A stretch of DNA of 63,629 nt, the filler included, from Octopus bimaculoides (Eukaryota): NCBI RefSeq assembly GCF_001194135.2. It is 8 parts of 8 records of this genome, joined end to end, with 100 filler letters (N's around TTAATTAATTAA, not from the genome) between each part and the next. Parts side by side here need not be neighbours in the genome. Positions count along the whole stretch, not along the records: positions 40,603 to 58,137 come from NC_068994.1; positions 58,238 to 60,861 come from NC_068999.1; 6 more parts are not named here. The stretch is one strand, 5' to 3'. A model generated the notes under the pieces. It did no database searches and had not been told where the DNA came from. It was given only the letters and a program-made list of their open reading frames with translations. The translations under genes were made by a program, and so were the position numbers. Positions 47,611-59,026 of this stretch are shown piece by piece (within the stretch, counting starts at the first letter, position 1; each line of letters starts with the position of its first letter).

Positions 47611-47808
47611 AATCAATATTATATTTAACGAATCTTACTGACCTTTCCATGGATAAAGACCAACGGTGAAAGTGGATTGGCCAGTTTTGAATGCACAACA
47701 TTTCTTACTTTGTGGACTAACCCCTTATAGAAACAGAAAATGTCAAAAGAAGAAGAATGTGCATATGTTTGTATGATGCTTGTGTGTGTATGTGTGTGTG
47801 TGTGTATT

Positions 47809-47851
<43 letters not shown>

Positions 47852-47912
47852 TTGTATATATATATATATATATGTGTGTGTGTATTTATACACACACACA
47901 CACACATATATT

Positions 47913-47985
<73 letters not shown>

Positions 47986-48169
47986 ATGTGAATGTGTAGC
48001 ATTTAATTCCAAGCAGTTGCTAGTCATATTTTGTTCCTTGTCCTATAATGCTTTATATTTTCTTCTTGATTATTTATTTGTTATTTGTTCTCCAAGTATA
48101 AACATTCTTCCCTAACAAACAACACTATACATTTGGTTTACATTTATCCATAAATGTAGATCTAAATAG

Positions 48170-48585
48170 GCAGAGGTATGGCTTGGCTATGTGGTTAAGA
48201 AGTTTAATTTGTAAGCTATGTGGTTACAGGTTCAACACCTTGGGCAAGTGTCTTCCAGTGCACATCTAGGCCAACCTAGATGAGTGAATTTATGAGTCAA
48301 TTTAGTTGATGGAAACTGCTTAGAGGCCCATCATATATATTTCTAAGTGTATATGCATGTGTGTGCATGTGTGCACATGAGTGTGTGTATGTGTGTTTGT
48401 TTTCATCATTTGACAATTAGTGTTGGTTTCTTTACGCCATAGTAGCTTAGCAGTTTGGCTAGAAGAAGACCAATAAGTATCAGACTTAAGAAATAAGTAC
48501 AGGGTATAATTCGAATGGGTAAATGCCTTCAAGGCAGTGCTTCGGTCCTCTGACTGAAGTGAAAGAATGAAGGAATGAAAGAATG
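48170..48585 (+). mobile_element. SINE family A, full-length, diverged
   Basis: TGGCTATGTGGTTAAGAAG...CCTTGGGCAAGTGTCTTC...GATGGAAACTG...(TG)n...TTTGACAATT...TGACTGAA. Confidence 0.75.
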
Positions 48586-49539
48586 ATGTATTTATTAAGG
48601 CCATTAAAGAATTTTTTTCCATTGTGATTTAGTTAACCTGTAAAGTCATCCCCTTATTGCCATGATGGTAAGAGAGCATGTAACTAGCATAAATAAATAT
48701 TTCAAAGATAACTGTGAGACCCTTACACACAAAAATACATACACAAACATATGTTTCTGAAAACCAGCAGAAGAGATTGATTCCCTGTTGAACCTTTTAA
48801 TATGGCAAAAGATATTTCATATAAACAATGATGATGAATTAAAAAGGTTATCTGCTCCAAAATTACGTTTGGATTCCTCAAAGATGATTTTCTTTAAATT
48901 CTTTGCTGAGAATCCATTTGCCTTCCTAAGCATAAAACTTAAGTCATCTTTTATCACTGCTGTAGTATAATTTGTATGTGTGTGTGTGCATGTGGATATA
49001 CATATATATTTTTCTATATATATAAGCACTATATAATCTATCAAGTACTTTTTATTTTCTTCATGAAACCTCTTGTAAATTATTATGTGTGTGTGTGTGT
49101 GTGTAACAAAGAGAATGATAATGACCTATTATATTTTTCTTATAGATGTCTGTTTAACTGCTTTGTGGGAGGCATTATGCTTAGTTTAAATTATTGCAGT
49201 TTAAGATTTGAAAGGCAAATCAAGAGGAAATTCTAGAAAAGTGAAGATATAGAAATATAATATTTAGAACAATATTTAATACAATATCATAGAATGATTG
49301 TCAATAGAAAGAGTTAAAATGAGTTATGTAAGTTTCTAAAGACAGATAATAAATAGCGTAGATTGATGGTAGAAAGACTGGATACATTTTGTTGGATAGA
49401 ATAAATTGAACCTCTTAATACAAAACCACATAAGAGTACCTTGGTTTCCAGATACAAAAATCCAATGGTTTAAGTGATTATGTTGAAATCAAAATCTTCT
49501 ACACTAGCTTTATATAAGAACTTTTTGTTAATGTTTCAA

Positions 49540-49950
49540 ACACCATAGAGAGTAGAATGTATGGATGCAAAAGAGATATAGAGGGCTCAAAACAAGATGA
49601 CAGAAGAAAAGGATTTCAAATGTAGCAGGTGCACAGTAATTAGCAGTTAGCGCACCTAAGAAATTCATTCAAATGCTCAGGTTTCCTAGAAGTTGTTCAT
49701 AGTGTTGATGATATAATTAGCAACATATATAATTATTCTGAAAATATAATAGGCAGAGAAAGAATGAGCTGGAAAAAGTTGAGGTATCTCTTACTTCTAC
49801 TGATAAAAATAGGATTCTATCTGAGTGATGTGCAGATTGTATAATATATGTATACAATGTTTGAGTGGATAGGTGCAAAACATGGAAAAAATGTGGAAAA
49901 TGTAGGAAAACTGGAATGAAGCCAGGTGAGTATGTTTGCTGAATGTGGAA
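49540..49950 (+). mobile_element. Degenerate RTE-like LINE remnant
   Basis: Fragments WMQKRY..., DFKCSRCT, LEVVHS, NYSENII.R.R.SWKKLRYLLLLL..IG and HG...WNEA resemble the C-terminal RT region of RTE-clade LINEs. Heavily decayed. Confidence 0.5.
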
Positions 49951-49956
49951 TCTACC

Positions 49957-50582
49957 AAGGCTGTGTAGATTGTAGAACATTTATAAATACAAGCTCTTAC
50001 AGCTGTTTCCAGGATATTTATCATATCTCTTCATTGGAGCTCATTATGGAAAGTAAATCTTTATGTACACACGCTGATATATGACCTACGTTGGACCCCT
50101 TATTTGCATAATCACCGAACCTGGAGCTTAACTATAGTCTATCCATAGCACTTACTCAGCATTACCTGACACCTCTGGGTCTCATTGACACCATTACTGC
50201 TCATAACCTCCATTTCTTGCTATTTTAAGCTCTTATCTCAGGTAAAGTTTCAGTAATGGATAAACAACTCCCTGGCACCTCTCTCAAGGACACACCTATT
50301 CCTTCACAAAAGACTTTCTCCGATGAAGGGATATAATAAATATCATGGAAACAGCTGTAAGATCTTCTATTTATAAATGTTATAAAATCTACACAGCCTT
50401 TGTTTTTTATCTCATTACGAAAAGTAAATCTCTATATACACACACTGATATATGACCTAAGTTGGACCCCTTATTTGCATAATCACCAAACCTGGAGCTT
50501 AACTATGGTCTATCCATAGCACTTACTCAGCATTACCTGACACCTCTGGATCTCATTGACACCATTATTGCTCATAACCTCC
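49957..50582. mobile_element. Penelope-like partial-tandem structure: two ~172-bp direct repeats plus a ~70-bp inverted repeat
   Basis: 50040-50211 and 50411-50582 are near-identical direct copies (CTCATTA...CATAACCTCC). 49957-50027 is the reverse complement of 50330-50400. The direct unit also occurs in reverse at 8700-8866. Confidence 0.6.
50317..50362 (+). ncRNA. Minimal type I hammerhead-like motif within the Penelope-like repeat
   Basis: TCT-CCGATGA-[AGGGATAT AATAA ATATCATG]-GAAAC-AGCT-GTA-AGA. Palindromic stem III ACAGCTGT and a 3-bp stem I. The core is non-canonical (C4, no G10.1-C11.1 pair). Confidence 0.4.
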
Positions 50583-50905
50583 TATATATACGTATATATA
50601 TATATGTGTGTGTGCATGTGTGTGCGTGTGTAAAATCATCACTATCATCATCATTGTCATACAATTTTCACGCTTGCATGGGTCAGTTGGAATTTGTTAA
50701 GACATATTTTCTACAGCCTGATGCCCTTCCTTTTGCCAACTCTCACTTGTTTCCAAGCTAAGTAATATTTCTCTATGACATACTTTTCACAGAAGACTGG
50801 AAACAAGAAACATCATTTGCACATTGGTGCTGCTCATTTGCAATCATCAGATGATGTGAGGACAAGGGTATACTCAAACACACATACACATATATATTGA
50901 TATTT

Positions 50906-51046
50906 ACGACAGGCTTCTTTCATTTTCCTTCTAACAAATCTAGTCACAAGGCTTTAGTCAGCTTAGGGCTATAGTTGAAGACATTTGCCCTAGGTATGCA
51001 CTGTGGGACTAAACCTGAGACCACTTTGTTAGGAAGCAAACTCCTT
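50906..51046 (-). mobile_element. SINE family A left module, CpG-decayed
   Basis: GACAGGCTTCTTTCA...CACAAGGCTTT...GAAGACATTTGCCC...GGAAGCAAACT. Confidence 0.75.
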
Positions 51047-51783
51047 ATGAATGTGTGTGTCTATGTGTGTGAGTGTGTGTGTGTATACATTTATTATTAC
51101 ACATACAGATGGATAGATTGGCAAACAGATAGTCAGAGTACTCACTGATGTATATCAATGACATGTAGTCTACAACAAGAACACTGAAAGACTGATGCTT
51201 TTTGATTAAGTACTTTATATGCTATTTATTTGTTTCACACAAGTTATACAGAATCCTTGTCTCCTTTGCCATCATAAACACAGCGAACCAGAGACAGGCC
51301 CTTTTGAAACCTCTAATCAATGTTACCTATGTTTACTAATTGCGATGTAAAGTAATATAATAAAATTAAAATTGATAAAAAGATATAATATTGAATAAGA
51401 CATTTGAGAAAAACAATAAAATGGCATGTCTTTAATAAAGATGGAAAGTAATTTCATAAAAACATCAACCAAGCTTGATACTAAGCCATATAAGTAACTG
51501 ACAGAATTTGCCTTTTTCTGGCTTAAGTGATTCTTTCTAAGCTTGGGTTACATAAAAATATCATTAAATTATATGGAGGATGTTTGTATGTCTGTATATT
51601 TGATATTATAAAGAATTGTGTTAAGAATTAGTAAATATTTTAGGTTCCTTAAAATAAAACATTGGTGGTGGTAAAAACTTCCAAAGCCTCTTTTAAATTA
51701 ATATCTCTATATTTCAGCTACTTCTTCAGGGGTATCCTTTACTTTTGTGCTTACATACATACATACATATGAACATCTATCTA

Positions 51784-51837
<54 letters not shown>

Positions 51838-51873
51838 TGAAAAGCGGACGTTAAACGACAATGATGATGTATG

Positions 51874-51930
<57 letters not shown>

Positions 51931-51961
51931 GCGTGTGTGTGTATATATGCATATATATATG

Positions 51962-51992
<31 letters not shown>

Positions 51993-52094
51993 ACCACCAC
52001 TTCATTTTTTTTTTTACTTCTGACAAACTTTTACATCATATTCAAAAATATTTTACCACCTGATCTCAAATACTTAAAGAAATGTATGTGTGTG

Positions 52095-52128
<34 letters not shown>

Positions 52129-52188
52129 CACATACATATATACATATATATGTATGTATACACACAATTAAAATATAAAAATAATATC

Positions 52189-52197
52189 ACCTACCTG
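52189..52197 (-). other. 5' splice donor of the protocadherin large exon (phase 0)
   Basis: Minus strand reads CAG|GTAGGT. It falls exactly after codon Q820 of the ORF track; read-through would add only VGDIIFIF*. Confidence 0.75.
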
Positions 52198-54621
52198 GTG
52201 CATTCCCTCAGTTGTTGCCTGACAAGGAACTCCAATGGCCAGGTTAGTCCTTTTATGTGTTAGATCTTGTCTAGAATGAAGCTCTTCTCTTGGTCCTAAT
52301 GTCGATGTTTTTTCATTTTGTAAGCGTGCCAAACTTGCCACAGGTACATCATAATCAGATGACATTTGTTCACAAAAATATTGAGTTTGTCTACTTTGAT
52401 CCACAAATTTGCTTGAATGATCTACACCACTACTACACCGGATATTCCTTTGATTATGTCTTTGAACAATGCATACTGTAATAGAAACTACGAGGACAAG
52501 GGATACAGTTACAGCTGCAATTACAATGATTATGAATAAATTTATGTGGATCATGTCATCTGATTGTTGATCTACAGCTGTGAACATCTTGGATGTTGTA
52601 TTGCTAACAGTGAGTGTTAAAAATAAAGTGGTTGTTGTTGACAAAACTGGTGTGCCACTGTCTTTCACAACTAATTTTAATTCATATGATCCTGCATCAT
52701 TTTGGTAAACTGGCCGAGAAAAAGACAGGATACCAGAATGTGGGTTGACTGTAAATAACTGTTTTTCATTACCTCCGAGTATTTCAAACCGAAGGAAAGC
52801 ATTTACATGACTGTCTCTGTCAGAGGCCCTAAGAACTGTAATATCATTTTTACTTTTTGGATGGTAGTGAACATCTAAATTAGAAGGGTTAACACTTGGG
52901 AATATAAAATAGGGAGGATTGTCATTTTCATCCATGACTTCAACAATAACAGTTGCAGTGTTGTTTAGTGAGGGTGTTCCATTGTCTTTGACTAAAACTT
53001 TAAATTTGTAGATTTTTTGTTGTTCATGATCTAATGATAAAGTGGTAGAAATAAATCCAAAATTAGAAATCTTAAAAGGCAGTACATGTTTATCACTACT
53101 CAACAAAGTAAAGGTTAGCTGACCTCCAAGTCCCAGATCAGGGTCACTAGCATTAATGAATCCAACAGGAAAATTTGACTTTTCATTCTCATATGTCAAA
53201 AACTTGAATGTGTCTTTAGTAAAGTGTGGTTGTACGTCGTTGACATCCATTACTTGGATAGAGAACTTTCTCTCTGTCCTTTGAGATGGTAATCCATTGT
53301 CTTTACAAGTGATAGTAAAATCAATATGGTTTTTTTTCTCTCTATCAACCGGATTCTTTACGGTTAACTTGTATTTCTTTTTGCCTAAATTCTGAAGCTG
53401 AAATTTTTCATGGAAAAGGTCACAGGTAACTTCCCCATTCTGTCCAATATCATTGTCTGTGACCTTAACGTAAGCAATAAAGCTGCCAACTTCAATATCC
53501 TCAGAAATGGTGGCTGTATTCCCAGTTGACTCTGAGAAGTTTACATCTATTGTGGGTGCATTGTTTTGTTGGTTGATAACATTTACTAAAGCCATAGCAA
53601 TAGAACTTAACGGTGGACTGCCTCCGTCTTGAGCTTCGATGAATAACTTATATGTCAGCTTTTTCCTTGAAGTCATTTTTTTTTTAATGAAAATATCTCC
53701 TGTTGTCTTATCTAGTTCAAAATGATTTTTAACAAGATCTGATGTCTTGGAGCTAAAATGATATAAAATTTTACTATTTTTTCCTGTATCTGAATCCATT
53801 GCATGTACTGTAATAACAGGTTTTTCAATCTGATGTTGATTGTTCACGGAAACATTATAAACATTTTGGGTAAATACAGGGGAGTTATCATTAACATCAC
53901 TTACTGATATGTTCACATTTAATATTCCTTCTTTTGTAGGTGAGCCTTCATCTCTGGCAATAACTTGAAGCATAAAAGAATCTTTCATTTCACGGTCAAG
54001 TTCTTTTTCCAAGGTTATTCCAAGTGAGTATGAATTATCAAGTCTTTTAGAAAGAGCTAAACTGAATAAGTTGTCTTTATTTTTTGACAAGAAATAAGAG
54101 ATTTTGGAATTTTTCATACCAATATCCTTGTCAATGGCATTTGGAATTGATCTGGTGGTTCCTTTCTTATCTCCTTCAGAAAACTGAAGGTTTACCTGAT
54201 TGCTAAAAAATTCAGGCTGATGGTCGTTAACATCTTCTACAACTACTTTAATCTCTAATATTTTTATGAAAGATTTTTTCTTTCTTACAGCAATATCTAC
54301 CATTTTGAAGCATTCTGTATTATATTTACAGAGAGATTCAGCATCTAGTGTCTGTGCAGTATACAACTTCCCTCTTTTGGAGACATTAAAGAGCTGGGAG
54401 TTATTACTTATGTCCTTTTCTAGTTGACTGAAGCGTATTAGATTGCGATCTATCAAGGATATACTGTCCATCAGATTGGTATCAACTCCAATATCACCTA
54501 TGTAAGTTCCAGGACTTTTGCTTTCTTTCAGATAATAAATGAAATCCACACATTCTGCCATATGCAATACATGCAGTAATGCGAATACCTGTATCAACAT
54601 TATTCCAAAGAGAGTCATCAT
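52195..54621 (-). CDS. PCDH: Protocadherin (cephalopod type), large coding exon: signal peptide, EC1-EC6, TM, proximal cytoplasmic region; continues in unidentified downstream exon(s)
   Basis: Uninterrupted frame. The track's first M at 54654 is GTG; the first ATG is at 54621 (MMTLFGIMLIQVFALLHVLHMAEC, signal-peptide-like). Cadherin motifs: EDVNDHQP, IDKDIG, LDRE, DVNDNSP, DSDTG, TDNDIG, VDRE, DVNDVQP, SDPDLG, LDHE, DENDNPP, SDRDS, DSGTP. TM LFIIIVIAAVTVSLVLVVSITVCIV at about 52465-52539. A donor CAG|GTAGGT follows ...EGMHQ at 52195. Confidence 0.95.
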
Positions 54622-54702
54622 CCACAATGAAATAAAGTAATATGATGTTGTCACTTTTTTTATATACTTCTAATTTTATTTGAAATGATGAATTAAAAGA
54701 CT

Positions 54703-54720
54703 CTGAAAGAGAAATATTTT
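54703..54720 (-). other. 3' splice acceptor opening the protocadherin large exon (implies an upstream non-coding exon)
   Basis: Minus strand reads AAAATATTTCTCTTTCAG|AGTC, a pyrimidine tract plus CAG, 81 nt upstream of the ATG at 54621. Confidence 0.7.
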
Positions 54721-57294
54721 GTTTTAGAAATCACAAATAATATATATTTTGCAGGGTAAACTGACATAAACTTAATCGGTTAAAAAATTCATTGAAATTG
54801 ATTTAATAAAAGTTCCCCTCCAGAAATATTGCTAAGACTTGAAGGAGTCATTTCAATTTCCCATCATGCAACCCTTTTGTATAGCTTGGAGCTTCAGCTA
54901 TTCAAGTTATTATGGCCAATAACTGTTCAATACTAAAATGAAAGAGCTTGTTAGCCAAGCCAGACATTGCTGTATTCTTTTATATTTTCATAGCTATCTT
55001 TATACTAGTGAAGGAAGTAGTAGTGGTAGTAGTAGAAACTCTGTTGTTGTTGTTGTTGTTGTTGATATCAATAACTATGCTGATAACAACAACAATCACA
55101 AGAGTTTTAGAAAAATATTACTGAGAATTCATATGTCGAAAACATAAAAAGAGATAAATAAATCTATGCTATTGAAATGGGAGGTGGGGAAAATAAATAA
55201 AATTAAATAATAAATAGAAGAAAAACAATATCATTAATGCTACTATTACCATCATCATTAATAATAATAATAATAATAATAATGATGATGATGATAAAGG
55301 TAAAAATTGTAGTAAATAATAATAGTAAATAATAATAATCATCATCATTACTATCATAAAAAAATAAACAATAACAACTACAACAATAGCAAATAACAAT
55401 ATGAACAAAACAGAACAAAACAAGAAAAACATAAGCTAAATAATATATGAGGTAAAAAAAAAAAATGCTAAACAAAATCATATTTCTGATTATAGCTACA
55501 ACAACAACAACAACTGTAACAAATATAGCAGCAGCAAAATTAATAACAGATAACAAAAGTTTAAATAAAATAGTGATATGAAATAATCTGAAGATGCAGT
55601 GCTTCTGTGTACTGATAAAAGCAATATTCTGTACTGTAGTGAGTGGGTAGTGTAGGGAAAAAACATAGATTTATGGAAGTAATCAGGGAAATAAGAAATA
55701 TTATTGGCAAGTGAGGTTGTTGTTTATTTTTTTTTTTTATTTTAGTTATTTTTGTATTTATATTATTTTTTTTGTTGTTGCTTATGTTTATTTATTTGGT
55801 TTGTTTTGGATTTGATATTTTTTTCTCCTTTATTTCTTTTTTTTCTCTGTTTCTTCCTTTCTTTGCTTTTTTTTTTTCTTTTGCGTTCTTGCTTTTGATG
55901 AGGAAACGTAGAGGAGGTAGGCAGTGATGCTAATATGATAGACTGATGCATAAGNNNNNNNNNNNNNNNNNNNNNNNNNNNNNNNNNNNNNNNNNNNNNN
56001 NNNNNNNNNNNNNNNNNNNNNNNNNNNNNNNNNNNNNNNNNNNNNNNNNNNNNNNNNNNNNNNNNNNNNNNNNNNNNNNNNNNNNNNNNNNNNNNNNNNN
56101 NNNNNNNNNNNNNNNNNNNNNNNNNNNNNNNNNNNNGGGAGGGGGAGTAGAATTGGGGTAGAGAAACATAGTTCATACATTGAAAAATGATAACCAACTT
56201 CAGTGAATAGAGAAGTAATCACTGGAAAACAATATTAAAATGTCCCCAGCCACCAGGGCTGCACACAGCTATTACTGCTGCTGCTGCTGCTGCTGCTCAT
56301 GTTCTTTCTTTGTTGTTGTAGCTGTTACTACTGACGCTCAGTGCTACCATCATCATCGTCATCATCGCCATCCTCACCTCTACATTATCTGTCATGTGAA
56401 AACATGATTTAAACAAACTTGCAAGAAAGTAGGAAGAGAAGTAAATCTTTTCCTCTACATTTTCTTCCTCCCAATCATCTCACTCTTTCTCTCTCTCTCT
56501 CTCTTTCCCTTTCTCACTTTGTCTTTCTTTCTTCTAACTTTCTAACTGAAATGATTAGATGACTGAGAGTGAGTGAGAGTGATAGAGTGAGGAAATGAAG
56601 AAATGTATGCGATGGAGTGGAGTGTGTGTATAGCTATTCCTGTTTAACCCCAGGTTGTTCTGATTAAGCAGACTCATAGACAAAAAAAAACCAGACCAGC
56701 CATGACCGTCCAGTCTGATTTACCTTACATCCAACAACTAGGACTACGGTATCCACCGTGTCCTTTCATTTCACAAAAACAAAGGTGTAATTTAAAGAGG
56801 ACTTCACTGCTATCTCTAGTTCTTTGACTGACTGTATAGAAGCTCAGAGACAGGTGAGATGTGTATACTTGTCATGTAAGGTAAAGAAAACATCGATATG
56901 TGTATGTGCTTGTATATGCTTCTATGTGTATTACCATGTGTGACAGTATATGAGTGTGTATATGAGAGTTTGTGAGAATGTGTGTGGGCATGATAGCATG
57001 TCAGTATACAGGAGTGATTTGTGTGTGTGTGTGCGTGTGTGTTTATGCATGGTAGATGTATAATAAGCATATGTAAGGTAGTGCAAATGTGAGTGTATGC
57101 ACTGTGCATGTGAAAGAAATAACATTATGGGATTGAAATTGAGAAAATAGTTGAAATGATATTACATATTATAGAATGCTGAGTCCCATTTCAACTAAAT
57201 AATTAACTTTTGTTGTCTATATATGAACAGGAACAGAAGCATAAATGTAGGGAATGCAAGTTGCAATAAATGCTTGCATATACTTCTGTGTGTT

Positions 57295-57338
<44 letters not shown>

Positions 57339-57412
57339 TATACACACACACACATTCACATATAGATATATACATTTATAGCATATATATGTATTATATA
57401 TAAGTGTGTGTA

Positions 57413-57451
<39 letters not shown>

Positions 57452-57519
57452 CTATATATATATATATATATTTGTGTATATATATATGTATAATACATAT
57501 ATGCATATATACTTTTCCA

Positions 57520-57728
57520 CTCTAAGCACATGGCCCAAAATTTGGGAGGAGACCACTCGATTAGATAGATCCCAATACACAACTGGTACTTAATTTATCA
57601 ACCCCACCACCACCACCAAAGGATGAAAGGCAAAGTCAACCTTGGTGGAATGTGAACTTAGAACATAAAGCCAGAACATAAAGCTAAGCATTTTGCCCAC
57701 CATTCTAATGTTTCTGTCTGCTCACCAT
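57520..57728 (-). mobile_element. SINE family B, CpG-decayed
   Basis: ACTGGTACTTAATTTATCAACC...GGATGAAAGGCAAAGTCAACCTTGGTGGAA...GCTAAGCATTTTGCCC. Confidence 0.75.
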
Positions 57729-57789
57729 CTTCATATATGCATATATAAACATATATATGTATATATATATACATACACATATATGCATA

Positions 57790-58010
57790 TACGAGGGGTT
57801 GCTGAAAAGTTCCTGGCTTTAGGATATTGTGAAAGGCCTGGTTGGAGGCCCAAAACTTCTGAATTCTTTTCCAGGGCTTAGAAAAACTGAAGGGCTGCTG
57901 CAATAAGTGTATGAATGTGAGAGTGGAATATGTTAAATAAAATCATAACTAAGTGAGCCTCCTGTATTCTCTTTTACCCAAAGCCAGGAACTTTTCAGCA
58001 CTCCTTCATA
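57790..58010 (+). mobile_element. mariner-derived MITE (internal deletion derivative) with TA target-site duplication
   Basis: TIRs TA-CGAGGGGTTGCTGAAAAGTTCCTGGCTTT ... AAAGCCAGGAACTTTTCAGCACTCCTTCA-TA. The interior keeps the transposase C-terminus GLEKLKGCCNKCMNVRVEYVK*. Confidence 0.85.
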
Positions 58011-58099
58011 AGTGCATATATGTGCATGTGTGTGTGTGTTAATAGATATATAAACATCTACCAATCCATCTATCTACATAGCTATCTATCTCACTATAC

Positions 58100-58133
<34 letters not shown>

Positions 58134-58137
58134 TTAT

Positions 58138-58237
58138 NNNNNNNNNNNNNNNNNNNNNNNNNNNNNNNNNNNNNNNNNNNNTTAATTAATTAANNNNNNN
58201 NNNNNNNNNNNNNNNNNNNNNNNNNNNNNNNNNNNNN
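58138..58237. other. Scaffolding join marker
   Basis: 44 N + TTAATTAATTAA + 44 N. Confidence 0.95.
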
Positions 58238-58993
58238 TTGTAAGTGGTAACTTTAATAATTTTCTTATTGGTTCTGGCGATAGCTTTATTATTATTATTA
58301 TTATTATTATTATTCTTTTTATGTTAATTTTCTCCTTGTGACTGTTTGCATTTCTGTATTCTTATCTCTGATACATATATATACGTATATATCAGCATGA
58401 GATAATAATCCGATGAGATGTACTGCTGTGTTTTGGATATGTTGGAATTTTTGTTCGTTGCCCCTTGTGATACGAAAGTAGAGGCGGAGGAGTCGGCGGT
58501 AACCTAATAAACGATTATTGTATGGATGCACAGAATGACTTCCTTCACCACACACATGGAGAAGCTTCGTTTCCCGGCCATAATTCCGAGAGATAAGGAG
58601 CAATATCTCTTGTGAGGTAACTGAAGGGTCGAGTAGTCAACAGAGAATTGTTACCAGCGGTGCGTAAAAAATGTAAAAATGGCCGCTGATATTAAAATAA
58701 AGATATGCTGAATGATAGGATAAAGATTATAATAGAAAGATTACAATTCATATGGTTTGTGATTGGGAAGATATCTGTCTAATATCCCCTTATGACTGAT
58801 ATGGATGCGTGTTTGTATGTATGTATGTATTCAAACATACGTATATATGTACGTATGTATTAGATATGGATTTATGTATGGACGCATGTATGCATATATA
58901 TGTTTAGAATATCTGTATATATATATATATATATATTTATAAATGCCTGCATGGATATACGTATGTATGTATAAGCGTGCGTATGTATATATA

Positions 58994-59026
<33 letters not shown>

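Noticed and set aside
48817-48960. ORF VIKDDLSFMLRKANGF... as protocadherin exon 2
   Set aside because: The available AG acceptors put a stop codon in phase 0, the pyrimidine tract is weak, and no motif is recognisable.
54622-54654. ORF-track start at 54654
   Set aside because: That codon is GTG; the first ATG, at 54621, gives a normal signal peptide.
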